Positions 36,337 to 48,290 of a DNA stretch of 64,000 bases are shown one piece after another. The notes beneath the pieces were generated by a model. That model saw only the letters and a program-made list of their open reading frames with translations. It had not been told where the DNA came from and did not search any database. Each line of letters starts with the position of its first letter. The stretch's first letter is position 1. Position numbers and translations under genes: made by a program. The DNA comes from Eledone cirrhosa (lineage: Eukaryota): the NCBI GenBank assembly GCA_964016885.1, contig OZ024743.1, positions 310,868,001 to 310,932,000 on the forward strand, given 5' to 3'.

Positions 36337-36482
36337 CCAGTAATCTAATCTTCATTTATACTACTTTTTTCATTGACTCATTTTTGTCGAACCAGTACGT
36401 AAACGCACATACGAACTCTCTCCCTCTTTCTCTCTCTCTCACTCTCTCACTCTCTCACTCTCTCTCTCTCTCTCTCACACAC

Positions 36483-36537
<55 letters not shown>

Positions 36538-36762
36538 CACACACACCCTCTCTCTCACGTCCTCACTCATTCTCTCTGTCTCATCAACACTCAAATGAGT
36601 TAATTAATAAATATATACATTCACTGGTATCTACCTGTCTATCAATTACTCACTATATCAAACAACCTTCTGAAACGGTCGTAAAGAAATGAATTGATTA
36701 AGTACTAAACTTCGCCTTTTGTTTTCATTGTTCAAAACACACTCACACACGCACATAAACAA

Positions 36763-36897
<135 letters not shown>

Positions 36898-37040
36898 GTA
36901 GGAAAGTAACACACGAGTTGATATATATATAAACGAATATTAGAGAGGAAAAAGATTTTTTCAGTAGAAAATGCTGAAGAGATTCTTTCAGTGTAATATC
37001 AAAACATTTATTTATTTATGAAGTGGATATTTCCGTATTT

Positions 37041-37080
37041 AATAATACCGGTTTCAGCATTATATGCTTTTTCAACAGCG
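37041..37080 (-). ncRNA. Minimal hammerhead-like motif, U3-A8 core, stem I decayed
   Basis: Reverse complement TTGAAAA-AGCAT ata ATGCT-GAAA-CCGG-TA. Confidence 0.5.
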
Positions 37081-37230
37081 GATATGCATAATGTAGTTAT
37101 GTTGCATATTTATACGAATAATAAAAAGTGGAAGAAAAATTATTAGTTATTACATACATATTTAGAGAGGAAAATTCATATCTCTGTCCGTGTTTTCCCT
37201 TCCTTCTCTGTTATATATATACATGTGTGT

Positions 37231-37311
<81 letters not shown>

Positions 37312-38089
37312 AGTTGGTGAATAAGGCAAATTACAAAAGAGGTACCTGTTCCAGCACTCAATGCTTTCATGCGAATTGGATATTAAATATAAAATGCATG
37401 TGGTAATGCCAACATCTGTTTGTTATCGCCGTATTATGCTGATTGCATACATTAAGAAAGAAAGATCGAATTTCAGTTCAACACATGGGCATATATAGTT
37501 TCCATCTACTTTATTTAACTAACAAGACAAGGCTCAATCCGACGTTACATTAAAAGACACTTGCTCAATGTTGCCCGTAATGAGACAAAAACCAAATCAT
37601 CTAATTGCAAAGCGATTTCTTTAACCACACAACCATACCTGCGAGTGAAAACGATAATTTAATAATGGTTGTTTTCGGCATAACGCTTGGCATGTGACAA
37701 TAATAGCAGGACGGAGTACGTCCTAATTAATGACAATCATACCTTACATTACATCCAATTAGAATTTGTCCCCTCGCCTTCTCCACTAGAAACGGCTTGC
37801 AGGTAATTTATTCTATTATATTATGTATGCTTATTATTGAAGAATATGCAGTTTGAATTCACATTTTATCTATACTTTTCTATTAGCTTTAATTGCAATC
37901 ATTTTGAATGCTAGGAATATTTGCGGGTCATTCACTAATTTTTATGGAAATTTTAAAATGTATAGTGTAAAGCAGATATTATTGATAACAGCCTCCCGTA
38001 ATGGCTGTACTAATGAGAGTTACTAAAATGAGAAGACGACTTTATTCCATGGACAGTGGATTAATAACAAAATCATGTGAATTATTTAT

Positions 38090-38468
38090 AGACGGTGGAT
38101 TGGCCGTATCAGTAGAGGGTCGGACGCAATGTTTTGCAGCATAGAGTTACGGCACTTTATGATCTGAATTCAAATCCCACCGAGGTTAACTTTGCCTTTC
38201 ATCGTTACGGTGTCGATAAAATAAAGTACCAGTCACGCACTGGGGTCAATTTCATCGACTTTTCCCTCCCACCAAAATTGCTGGCCTTGTGTCTAAATAA
38301 GAAACCATTATTTATAGACGGTGGATTGGCAGTATCGGTAGAGAGGCAGACACCATGCTTTGACGCATAGAGTTACGACCCTTTATGATCTGAGTTCAAA
38401 TCCCGCCGAGAGTAACTTTGCCTTTCATGCTTACGGGGTCGATAAAATAAAGTACCAGTAATACCACT
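38090..38468 (+). mobile_element. Two tandem SINE family 1 copies
   Basis: Both begin TATTTATAGACGGTGGATTGGC; B box and Nin-like domain present. Confidence 0.85.
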
Positions 38469-39315
38469 GTATTACTGGTACTTTATTTATAAATAAAAAT
38501 AATTATAAAAATTGCAGTAATTCACGAAGCAAATGAAATACGGAAAGACTGGGAGAGCTTTGCGTTTAGGTTAAACTTTTAAATTAATCTTTATACAAGT
38601 TTCAAATATATGTATTCAAGTTTCAAAATATATATTAATAGTTTCTGATTTAGGCACAAGACCAACAATTTTGAGAGAGGGGAAAGTCGATTAAATCGAT
38701 CTCGTAAATAAAAACATATAAAAATATATATATATATAAAAATATAAGATGAAAAAAACTAAAAATATTATAAAACGTAATGTGCATGTGTATGTGTCTG
38801 TTTGTGTGCATGTGTATTTGTATATACGTATGTATATATGTGATCGTACATATTTTATGTGTGTATGTATATACCTATGAATTTTTATACACATGCGTCT
38901 ATATGTATATGAATATATATATATATATATATGAATATTTATATGTGTGCGTGTGTACCTTTATATAAGTGTGTATATGTATGTGTGTGTGTATATATAT
39001 TTTTATCTCCAATTTTACGTATGTGTGCATCTATGTATATCTGATTCTGTGTGTACTTGTATTTTTTCCGTTATTTTATTTCAGCCTCACTTTTATTTAT
39101 GATAGATTTTAATTTCATATCTTATATCCAAAATAAAGATTCTATCTGATATAAGACGTTTCTGTTAGAATCGTCTCTAAATTCGCGAAACCTTCTGTAA
39201 TGGAATAATTACATTGTGTTGTTTATTACATAATTAAATAGCTCTGTATTATACATAGAGCACTCTTCTTTCCTTTACCTTTTTCACGGAAATACTTAAC
39301 ACACTCACACACACA

Positions 39316-39363
<48 letters not shown>

Positions 39364-39611
39364 TATATATATATATATATATATATTCCCCCATTCTCAC
39401 TAAGCGTGAAACTATAACACTATGTACCATTGACTCTTGCGTTTGCTAGTTTGTTTGTCATTTTGAACTATATATATATGGTATTTTCTTCAGGGTTATA
39501 AGAGGCTTAGCACTGTTTCTTGACCGCTGTATCACGTGATTGACTCCCCCTCCGCCTTTCGGGATTCTATCTCGCATCTTACGGACGTGTTTTGAAACCT
39601 TTAATGAGGTA

Positions 39612-39701
39612 TCCTCTTGATAAGTCGGCAGACCTCACAAAAATTCTATATCTTTGTGATGTAGTGTTTTTGCATATGCCACGAAACTACGTAGTCGAGG
39701 A
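39612..39701 (+). ncRNA. Type I hammerhead ribozyme with U3-A8 covariant core (family C)
   Basis: TCCTC-TTGATAA-GTcGGCA..TGCCAC-GAAA-CTACGTAG-TC-GAGGA; 5-bp stem I, palindromic stem III, GUC triplet. Confidence 0.8.
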
Positions 39702-39772
39702 ATTTAGAAGCAGTTTAAGTATGATATATCTTATTACTAATTATATCTAATGTTTCTTCTCTCTTCATAATG

Positions 39773-39861
<89 letters not shown>

Positions 39862-39871
39862 CATATATATA

Positions 39872-41441
39872 TAACGAAAGAGTTGTGGTAAAGAACCAGA
39901 TGGACCATAACGCACCAGAGTACTCAATACTTAGGATAGTAGAGTGGGTAATAGGAAAATGTATGACCCCGACGGCAGAGTTCAAGCCATTTCGACGGCT
40001 ATTTCTGTAGTAAATTAGAATTTTTAGCGTGGTAAATAAATAGCCGAGGGAAGATTGTAGTTGTCAAGAGGATTAGTCAAAATTTCTTGTAAACACAATT
40101 AAGTCTATCATGGCAGTGGGTGGAGGGTGGGGGTGGCTGAACTTGCCTGTATAACAATGAGGGAGTGGGTGGAGCCGGTCAAGCGTTGAAAGTGAATTCT
40201 ATACTGCAAATTCTAAGATTGTGTATGAAACTAGGCTAGAAGAAGTAGGCGAAAAAGGATTCTGGAGAAAATAGAAAGGAACGTTATAGAATAGCTAAAT
40301 CAATTGAGATTAGAAGATAATAAATAAATAAGAAAAAAATATATAAAAATATATAATTGGATAGTAAGAAGTGATAAAAAAACTGTAGAGTCTAAAACAG
40401 CTGCTATATTTAGTTGGTGTTGCGTTTTCGGCCAATGCTATAGAATAGGTTAATAAGTTGAGAATAGAAGAAACTAAATTAATAAAAAATGTTTGAAATT
40501 ATAGAATTTGGTAGTAAAAAGTAATACAAAATAACTGGGGTCTAAAACAGCTGCTATAATTAGTTGGTATTGCGTTTTCGGCCAATGCTATCTTTAATTT
40601 ACTGGGGTGGGGGTACTGAGGCTCCAAAGGCCCGATGGGCTGCCGCGGGATAGGCGAAAGAGGAACAGGAAAAAGAAGAGGATAGGAAGTGGAAGGAAGT
40701 GATAGGAAGAGACAGAGGGAAAAAGAAAATAGGAAGGAAAAGGAAAGAGGTACATCTACTTATGTTAGCTGGAGTTTCCCCCTATCTTGTTCAGCAAGTG
40801 GAGAAAAGGGGGATGTTGCAGCCTTTGTCTACCCATCCGGGTCATTAGGGGGTTTGAGGGCGAGGTAAGTCCTATGCAATCGGTGTTTGCATGCAGTTAA
40901 CAGTTCGTCTTTTTCGTTTAGGAGTTGGTCCTTCGTAAATAGCATTTGTAATGTTTCCTCCGAGCATAAGTTACACGGACGGTGTCCTCCCGTGTAGGAG
41001 TTAGCCCTGGACAGTAAGCTCCAATTAAGCTTGTATGTGATGTCATTATCTTGGAGGTCCCAGATGTGGGGCGAAAGTGTAGTGGCATGTCGCCGGGCCG
41101 AGTTTCGGGACCTATGTCGGTGTTGGTAGAGCCGGGTCTTAAAGTCACAAGCGGTTAATCCTATATAAGCTTTGTTGGAGGTGTCCGTCCTCACGTTGCA
41201 TTGGTAGATGACGTTACGTTCTCGGCATCTGCTGTTGAAGGGGCACGTAGATCTATCAGGGCAGTTACACCTCCTGGTCGGCTCTCCACTAATGTCTAGG
41301 TTGTTTCTTCCATATCGTTTGAGTTTTTTGTTGTTTGAGTAGGTGATGTTTTGTGCGAAGTTGGGTGTGGTGCTGTAAGAGAGTTTGATAGTGTTTTTGT
41401 TGATTATGTTGTGGTAGCGGTGTTGTGGTGGGAAGTGTTTT
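39872..41441 (-). mobile_element. Penelope-like element (Hydra-like) 3' part, cut by assembly gap
   Basis: KHFPPQHRYHNIINKNTIKLSYS..CNCPDRSTCPFNSRC..VIYQC..AYIGLT..FKTRLYQH..CNLCSEE..CKH; hammerhead-like 3' half at 39964-40004. Confidence 0.88.
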
Positions 41442-41641
41442 NNNNNNNNNNNNNNNNNNNNNNNNNNNNNNNNNNNNNNNNNNNNNNNNNNNNNNNNNNN
41501 NNNNNNNNNNNNNNNNNNNNNNNNNNNNNNNNNNNNNNNNNNNNNNNNNNNNNNNNNNNNNNNNNNNNNNNNNNNNNNNNNNNNNNNNNNNNNNNNNNNN
41601 NNNNNNNNNNNNNNNNNNNNNNNNNNNNNNNNNNNNNNNNN
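41442..41641. other. Assembly gap (200 N)
   Basis: Run of N. Confidence 1.
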
Positions 41642-44600
41642 CATATATAAAGAGAGAGGAGAAGAAAGAGCTATATCTAGAGAGATGGATGATAGAGTTA
41701 CATCTTTACGTCATGTCCTATCAATTTGAATTATCAATTCATATGAACTGGGTAATATAATGTAAATATCAATATTCATGAATGAGACATAGATATATAA
41801 TGTGTGAAAATAATTTTGCTCAATAATGACCATATGTTTAGTTTAAAACTCTGAGGTCAATGTACCAAACTCTGGGATAAAACTTCAAAAAATTACCCTA
41901 TTTATAAAAATACGGAGATATATATGTATATATATATACACACGTCTATGCACTTTCTGAAAAAAGAAAAAGGGAAAGTTATGTTAAGCTCTAGTCGATA
42001 ATATAGACATACACATGACTTTACGTGATCAACTATATAATTTCTTGTGTCATAAAAAAATTTCCCTGTGTTATAAAAAATGTTACTATATATATACATT
42101 AAAAATAAACGATTAATATTCATGCCCTCACATATGATTATCGTTCATGTATATAATATTATGCATATCTGTAACATATACAGAACTATACCCACATATA
42201 CATATACATATATATGCATACACAAGATATCTGCGTGAGTGTTCCAGCATCTCTATGCACACATACAGGCACATGAACAGATAAAATATACTCTGTAATC
42301 TTTCCATATGCATGTTAATACATATGGCCTTTGTATAGAAATAACCAGATATCAATACATCAGCACAGAAATATCAAAACGTTAAAAAATGTTCAACACA
42401 CCCTAGGGTATCTCAGGCCACAAAAACAGTATGCTTCATATATTTACCACAGAAATCTATCCTTCCAATTTGTTCAGACAATATATTGCAAAGTTCCTTA
42501 GAGGCAATCAGAATCAAAAAGCAAATAAAAAACCCAAAATTATTAACCAAAAATTATTTAAAGGATTTAGAAGACCCTGTGGTTCTACGGATGCTCTTAT
42601 ATTTAGTATAGAAATTTATCTTGCGTAAAATTTATTTAATACATTGGGAGCATCTACATTTTAGAGTAGTTTAATTACATTCATTTGTTTATATTTATGA
42701 AGATGGTTTAAAAGAAAAAGTTGAAGGAATCGAAAGATTTATCGTCAGGTTTCATACATTAATTAAATTTCTTAATTAATTATAATACATTTTAAATTTA
42801 TATTTATATTTAAACGTTGAGTTCAATCTATGTCTGCAGCAACTGAATAAATTGCTCCTTAGATTAAGGGAATTTTTGGATTTTAATATAAAGAATATCT
42901 CCTACACACAGAGATCACATGTCTCAGATGAGGAATTAAAAGGAATCCCTCTTGAGACAATATTCCAAAACATCGAATACCCAACATTATCACGTTTAAG
43001 CTTTTTTGTTTGGATCTGTGAAAGAATTCTTATGATTATTGAAGCGAAGTTTAAATTCTGTCGAGGTGGAACCAACATAGTTGAAAGAATTTAAGTTAGT
43101 TTTAACATTACAATTGTATATTATATTTTTAACTAAGCAATTGTTATTTAACGGACATTTAGATTTATTTCTACAGTTACAGTTATTTAATTGAATATTG
43201 TTTGGGTTATTATTGGTATTTTGGTTAGGTTTTAAATTCCTATTATTAATTCTGTTAATATTTTGTGCTAAATTTTTGGTGGACGAGTAAGTTAATTTTA
43301 TAGTATGTCTATTAAAAATTGAGTGATATTTATGTGTTCTAGGGAAGCGTTTGTCAAGAGCATTAAAGAATAGTTTAGCAATGTGGGTTTTAATATTTAG
43401 TGAGAAAGGGGGGGGGGGGCAAACCATATTATATTTCTAGTTCTATTTCTTTTCCGGCTTTTGGAATTATTGTAATGTTTTCTATTATAGTTGTTAATGT
43501 TGTTACCGTAATTAAAATTGTTATTATTTTGGTTATTTTGCTTATTATTATCGATGTACTTAATTGTATCACTATATCCTGTGTTAGCTAACGCTTCATT
43601 GTAATACTGCGCTTTTTCGTCGAAAATATTTTTATTAGATGAAATTCTTGAGATTCGTTCTTGAACAGAGTTGACTATAGTATTTTTAACAGATCTGGGG
43701 TGATTAGAGTTAAAATTGACATAATTCAAGTTTTCATTTAGTTTGTGAAATGGATAGTGAAGACATGTGTTGAGATTTATTGTTACATCTAGGAAATTGA
43801 CTATTCTATGGTTATTCTCTATTTCTATTTTTAGATTAAGGTAATTAAAAGATTGTATAATTTGCTTTCTTTTTCTATTTAGTTCAGAGTTATTATTTTC
43901 AATAAGTAAAAGCATGTCATCACGATATAATCCTCCGGTTACACCTGGTATTTTTCTATGCAACGAATTATTTATAAATAGGCCCACAAGGTCCGTTACC
44001 TGAGCTGAGTCAGATGATCCCATAGTTATGTCGAAATTATTATCTCTATCTGCCCTAGTCCATAGTTGGTTACTAAATTCTATCAATGTTTTCCTTGCCG
44101 ATAATATAATGTGCATTTCATTGCTAGTTAGGTCTGTATGTTTGAATGCGTAATTTAGTGCCTTATTCAGTAGATTAGGGGTGATAGATGAATAGTAGTT
44201 AGCAATATCAAGTTGAATAAATTTATTATTATTGTTATATTTAATTTCTTTAAACCACTCAATAACCTCCCCAGTCACCTTCCATAACTTTAAGTAAGGT
44301 AAATTATGTAAGTTTTTAATTTGCTGTATCACCCTGTCTAGAATGTTTTTGCTAAGTTTACCCAGGTCAGATTTTGATGGTGCAATCAATCTGACAGGCA
44401 AATCATTTTCAAAATTTCTTTTGTGATCTTTCATATTGATCTTGGGTTTCCTAGGCATGAAGGGTTGTGTTTTGTTCTCAATGTCTAATTCATGCATTAT
44501 ACAAGATGCCTCAGCGTTCATTTTTTCCAGTTCGTCCTTACTTGCTACCTTGTACTTTTTCCTTAGTTCTTTCAATATAAGGCCATTATACATGTCCTTT

Positions 44601-45921
44601 TGCACTCCATAAAGGTTGTTGGTTTTGTCCGATTTCACCAAGATCTTCTCTGTTCTCTCCAAGCCTTCAATATTATCCTTAATGCTTCTTAGATAGTCCT
44701 CGCCTTTGAAGTTTGTCTTGAATTTGATTCCTTGGATGATAGAAATTATATCGTTTTCAAAATCCATTAATAGTTTGTTGGGGGGGGGGGTTTAGATTTG
44801 AAAACTTTATCTAAATCTGAAACATTTTCATTTAGATTAGATTTATCAAAGTGGAAGGCACGCCACCTGATTCTTCTTATAAAAGAGTCTGATTTTTCTA
44901 TTAATTGTTTAATAAAGTCTTTGTTCTTAGGTAAAGGTATGTCTTTTAGAGAAGAAGATATTTTAAAGAATTCCATTTTTTCAGTTATAATATAAAGCGC
45001 TCAACAATATTGGAGCAAAAATATATGCAAAAGTTTTATTTAAAATTGTTGGGTTACAACAAGTAAATATTTTATAACCGATATAAAGCACTCGACAAGT
45101 TTTGGGAGTGAGTGTTCCAGCATCTCTATGCACACATGAACATTTTTTAACGTTTTGATATTTCTGTGCTGATGTATTGATATCTGGTTATCTCTATACA
45201 AAGGCCATATGTATTAACATGCATATGGAAAGATTACGGAGTATATTTTATCTGTTCATGTGCCTGTATGTGTGCATAGAGAAGCTGGAACACTCACGCA
45301 GATATCTTGTGTATGCATATATATGTATATGTATATGTGGGTATAGTTCTGTATATGTTACAGATATGCATAATATTATATACATGAACGATAATCATAT
45401 GTGAGGGCATGAATATTAATCGTTTATTTTTTATGTATATATATATATAGTGATATTTTTTATGTATATATATATATAGTGAAATTTTTTATAACACAGG
45501 GAAATTTTTTTATGACACAAGAAATTATATAGTTGAACACGTAAAGTCATGTGTATCTCTATATTATCGACTAGAGCTTGACATAACTTTCCCTTTTTCT
45601 TTTTTCAGAAAGTGCATAGACGTGTGTATATATATACATATATATCTCCGTATTTTTATAAATAGGGTAACTTTTTGAAGTTTTATCCCAGATTTTGGTA
45701 CATTGACCTCAGAGTTTTAAACTAAACATATGGTCATTATTGAGCAAAATTATTTTCACACATTATATATCTATGTCTCATTCATGAATATTGATATTTA
45801 CATTATATTACTCAGTTCATATGAATTGATAATTCAAATTGATAGGACATGACGTAAAGATGTAACTCTATCATCCCTCTCTCTAGATATAGCTCTTTCT
45901 TCTCCTCTCTCTTTATATATG
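41642..45921 (-). mobile_element. Near full-length Penelope-like element (Hydra-like) with ~780-bp inverted pseudo-LTRs
   Basis: ORF pieces 44767-44976, 43397-44767 (KSDKT, NMKDHK, QLDIANYYSSI, ITMGS, GGLYRDD) and 42996-43427 (CNCRNKSKCPLNNNC, IIY..YVG); 41642-42395 is the reverse complement of 45137-45921. Confidence 0.93.
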
Positions 45922-46564
45922 ATGAAGTTTATGTATCTCTCGCTTTGACTTTGCCTCTCATGTTTTTCTCTTATTTCTCTCTTGGCTTTCACCTCCCCCT
46001 ATATAATTATTATTATTATTTTTTCTCCCTATTTTTTCTCCCTCTCTTATTTCCTCCCACCTCTCTCTCTCTCTCTCTCTCTCTATTTTCTCGTCATCTC
46101 CATTTTTTTCTTTCTCTCCGTCTCTTCTCTAACTGTGCATAACACTATAACTAAATAATTACCGTACTCCCTCTCTTTTAAATCTCTCTATGTGTATGGT
46201 GAATTATTATTATTCATCTGTTGACTTCGGTTGCCTCTCTTTTTTCACCTCCTCCTTCTTTCTCTCTCCCCGTTTCTCTCTATTTCTCTCTGTTTTTCTT
46301 TACATACATTTCTTCTTTCTCTCCGTCTTTCTTTCTAACTTTGCTTAACACTATAACTAAATAATTATAAACACCTCACTACCAAGCCAGCTTCCTACCT
46401 TAATGGTCGCTTATATTTATGGTACGTCAAAATTATTTATAAAACAGTTTATATATTGTATTTTATTTGACGAAGGCATGCCATATTTTTAATATGGTAT
46501 CCCTGAAATATGTATAATGAAATAAATATGGTTTTATAAATATAGTTTCCATTTGTTTACTATC

Positions 46565-46618
<54 letters not shown>

Positions 46619-47114
46619 TTTGTGAGCCTGTCTCTGTTTTTATACCCCTGAAGAAGGGCTGACACCTAGAACTTTCTTTCCCATTTTCCCATATAGAACG
46701 TGAATCTAATAAGACTTTTTGTATCTCTGTTTTGTCGATTCCTTGAACTATATATACATGTATATATATATATATGTGTGTGTGTGGGGGGGGGGTATAT
46801 GCGTGTGTGTGTGTTTATTCAATAATTTTTTCTATACTCTCTTTGTTGAGTAAAAATAGGCAGGAACGGGTGTTATTTCTAGTACACCTGTTACTTGCCA
46901 ATCGTCCATCTCCTGCTACCTTCATGATGACTGGCTACCACGTGAGTTTTCGAAAAAATCCCCCACTAGCGTTCACTTGATATTTGTTAGCAGAATGTCG
47001 AGATGTTTCTTGAAAATATCTACATACACACCATGTCATCTCTCCGATATTTTGGCTGTTTATTAAAGAGCTAACGGCTTTTTAACCCCAGTATATTGCA
47101 GTATGTGGCCCTCG

Positions 47115-47158
<44 letters not shown>

Positions 47159-47164
47159 GTTATT

Positions 47165-47362
47165 ACTGCTTGAATCGGAGGTAACAACAGTAAGTAAGGT
47201 ACTCAATACATAGCAGAGTATAAAAGTGTTAATATAGATGAGATTCTACAAGATTAGAACTGTTTCATTCTTTAGAAATCATCAGGAATCTTGCCAGATT
47301 CCTGATGATTTCTGAAGAATGAAACAGTTCCAGTCCTGGAGAATCTCATCTATATTAAAACT
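47165..47362. mobile_element. Head-to-head pair of family A 3' fragments, each with a hammerhead
   Basis: Minus hammerhead 47241-47291 (GUA) and plus hammerhead 47296-47346 (GGA), 4 nt apart; in (TA)n. Confidence 0.85.
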
Positions 47363-47449
47363 ATATATATATGTGTGTGTTTGTGTGTGTGTGTGTATAA
47401 CTCCAATGCATATTTTCTGACAGAACCTGAGGAATGGAATGGAACTCTA

Positions 47450-47705
47450 TCGGTTTCGACGATCAGTGATCCGGTTGTTCGATCAATGGAAGAGACATGT
47501 CTTTGTTTAGCGTAATTCTCAGGGAGAATGAGCGTAACACAGCGAGTAATAAGTATGGCCCTTTGAATTACAGGTATACCTGATTTTTGCCAGCTGATTG
47601 GACAGGAGCAACGCGAAATAAATTGACTTGCTCAATAGCACAGAACGCCGCTGGCATTCGAACTTATCCTTTTAAGATCATGTGGGGAACACACGCGCCT
47701 TCAAA
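47450..47705 (-). mobile_element. tRNA-derived SINE family 2, degenerate
   Basis: GTAATTCTCAGGGAGA..CCTTTGAATTACAGGTA..GGAGCAACGCGAAATAAA..CTTGCTCAA; related copies near 50070-50620 and 53180-53700. Confidence 0.7.
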
Positions 47706-47923
47706 AGACAGCTCTACCAATACAATGTTAAAATAATTTTTTCGTGAAGAAACAGCATTTGAAAATAATTTGGCAATCACTGTCAAAAATAGCACTCAGT
47801 ACATTGGTAGATTATAGGTTTATTCATGTTATTGTAGTAATTACCTCTACAGGAATAGAACAGTTTCATTCGTAAGAAATCATCGGGACACCCTGAGGTA
47901 TTCTTACGAATGGCACAGCTCGA

Positions 47924-48045
<122 letters not shown>

Positions 48046-48179
48046 CGTGTGTGTGTGTGTGTGCGTGTATGTGCATATGTATATATATATATATATATTT
48101 GAGTAAAGATTTGATTGAAACTGACTGCTTCTTCTGGCAAATCTGTTACTTGCCAACCGTCCACGCTTTACAACCCTTC

Positions 48180-48290
48180 TGTTGACTGTTATACCACATG
48201 ATAAATCTCCCTCTCGAAACGTTTTCACTGGTAGCGCTCAGTCCAGCAAATTGTCCTTTCATTGAGGGAATCTCTTGACAAGCCGATAGC
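48180..48290 (-). mobile_element. Possible mariner/Tc1 transposase HTH remnant
   Basis: DSLNERTIC..(W)KRFREGDLS resembles mariner NERTVQ.WF.KF..GD.SL; short and disrupted. Confidence 0.3.

Noticed and set aside
40829-41760. ORFs spanning X runs
   Set aside because: They bridge a 200-N gap; only the PLE portion below 41442 is real.
46645-46750. CTGAAGA-AGGG..CCTT-GAAC
   Set aside because: Truncated by microsatellite; stems I and III missing.
47843-47893. Minus-strand family A-like hammerhead (CCGATGA)
   Set aside because: Clearly related, but stems I and III are disrupted; counted only as a decayed copy.
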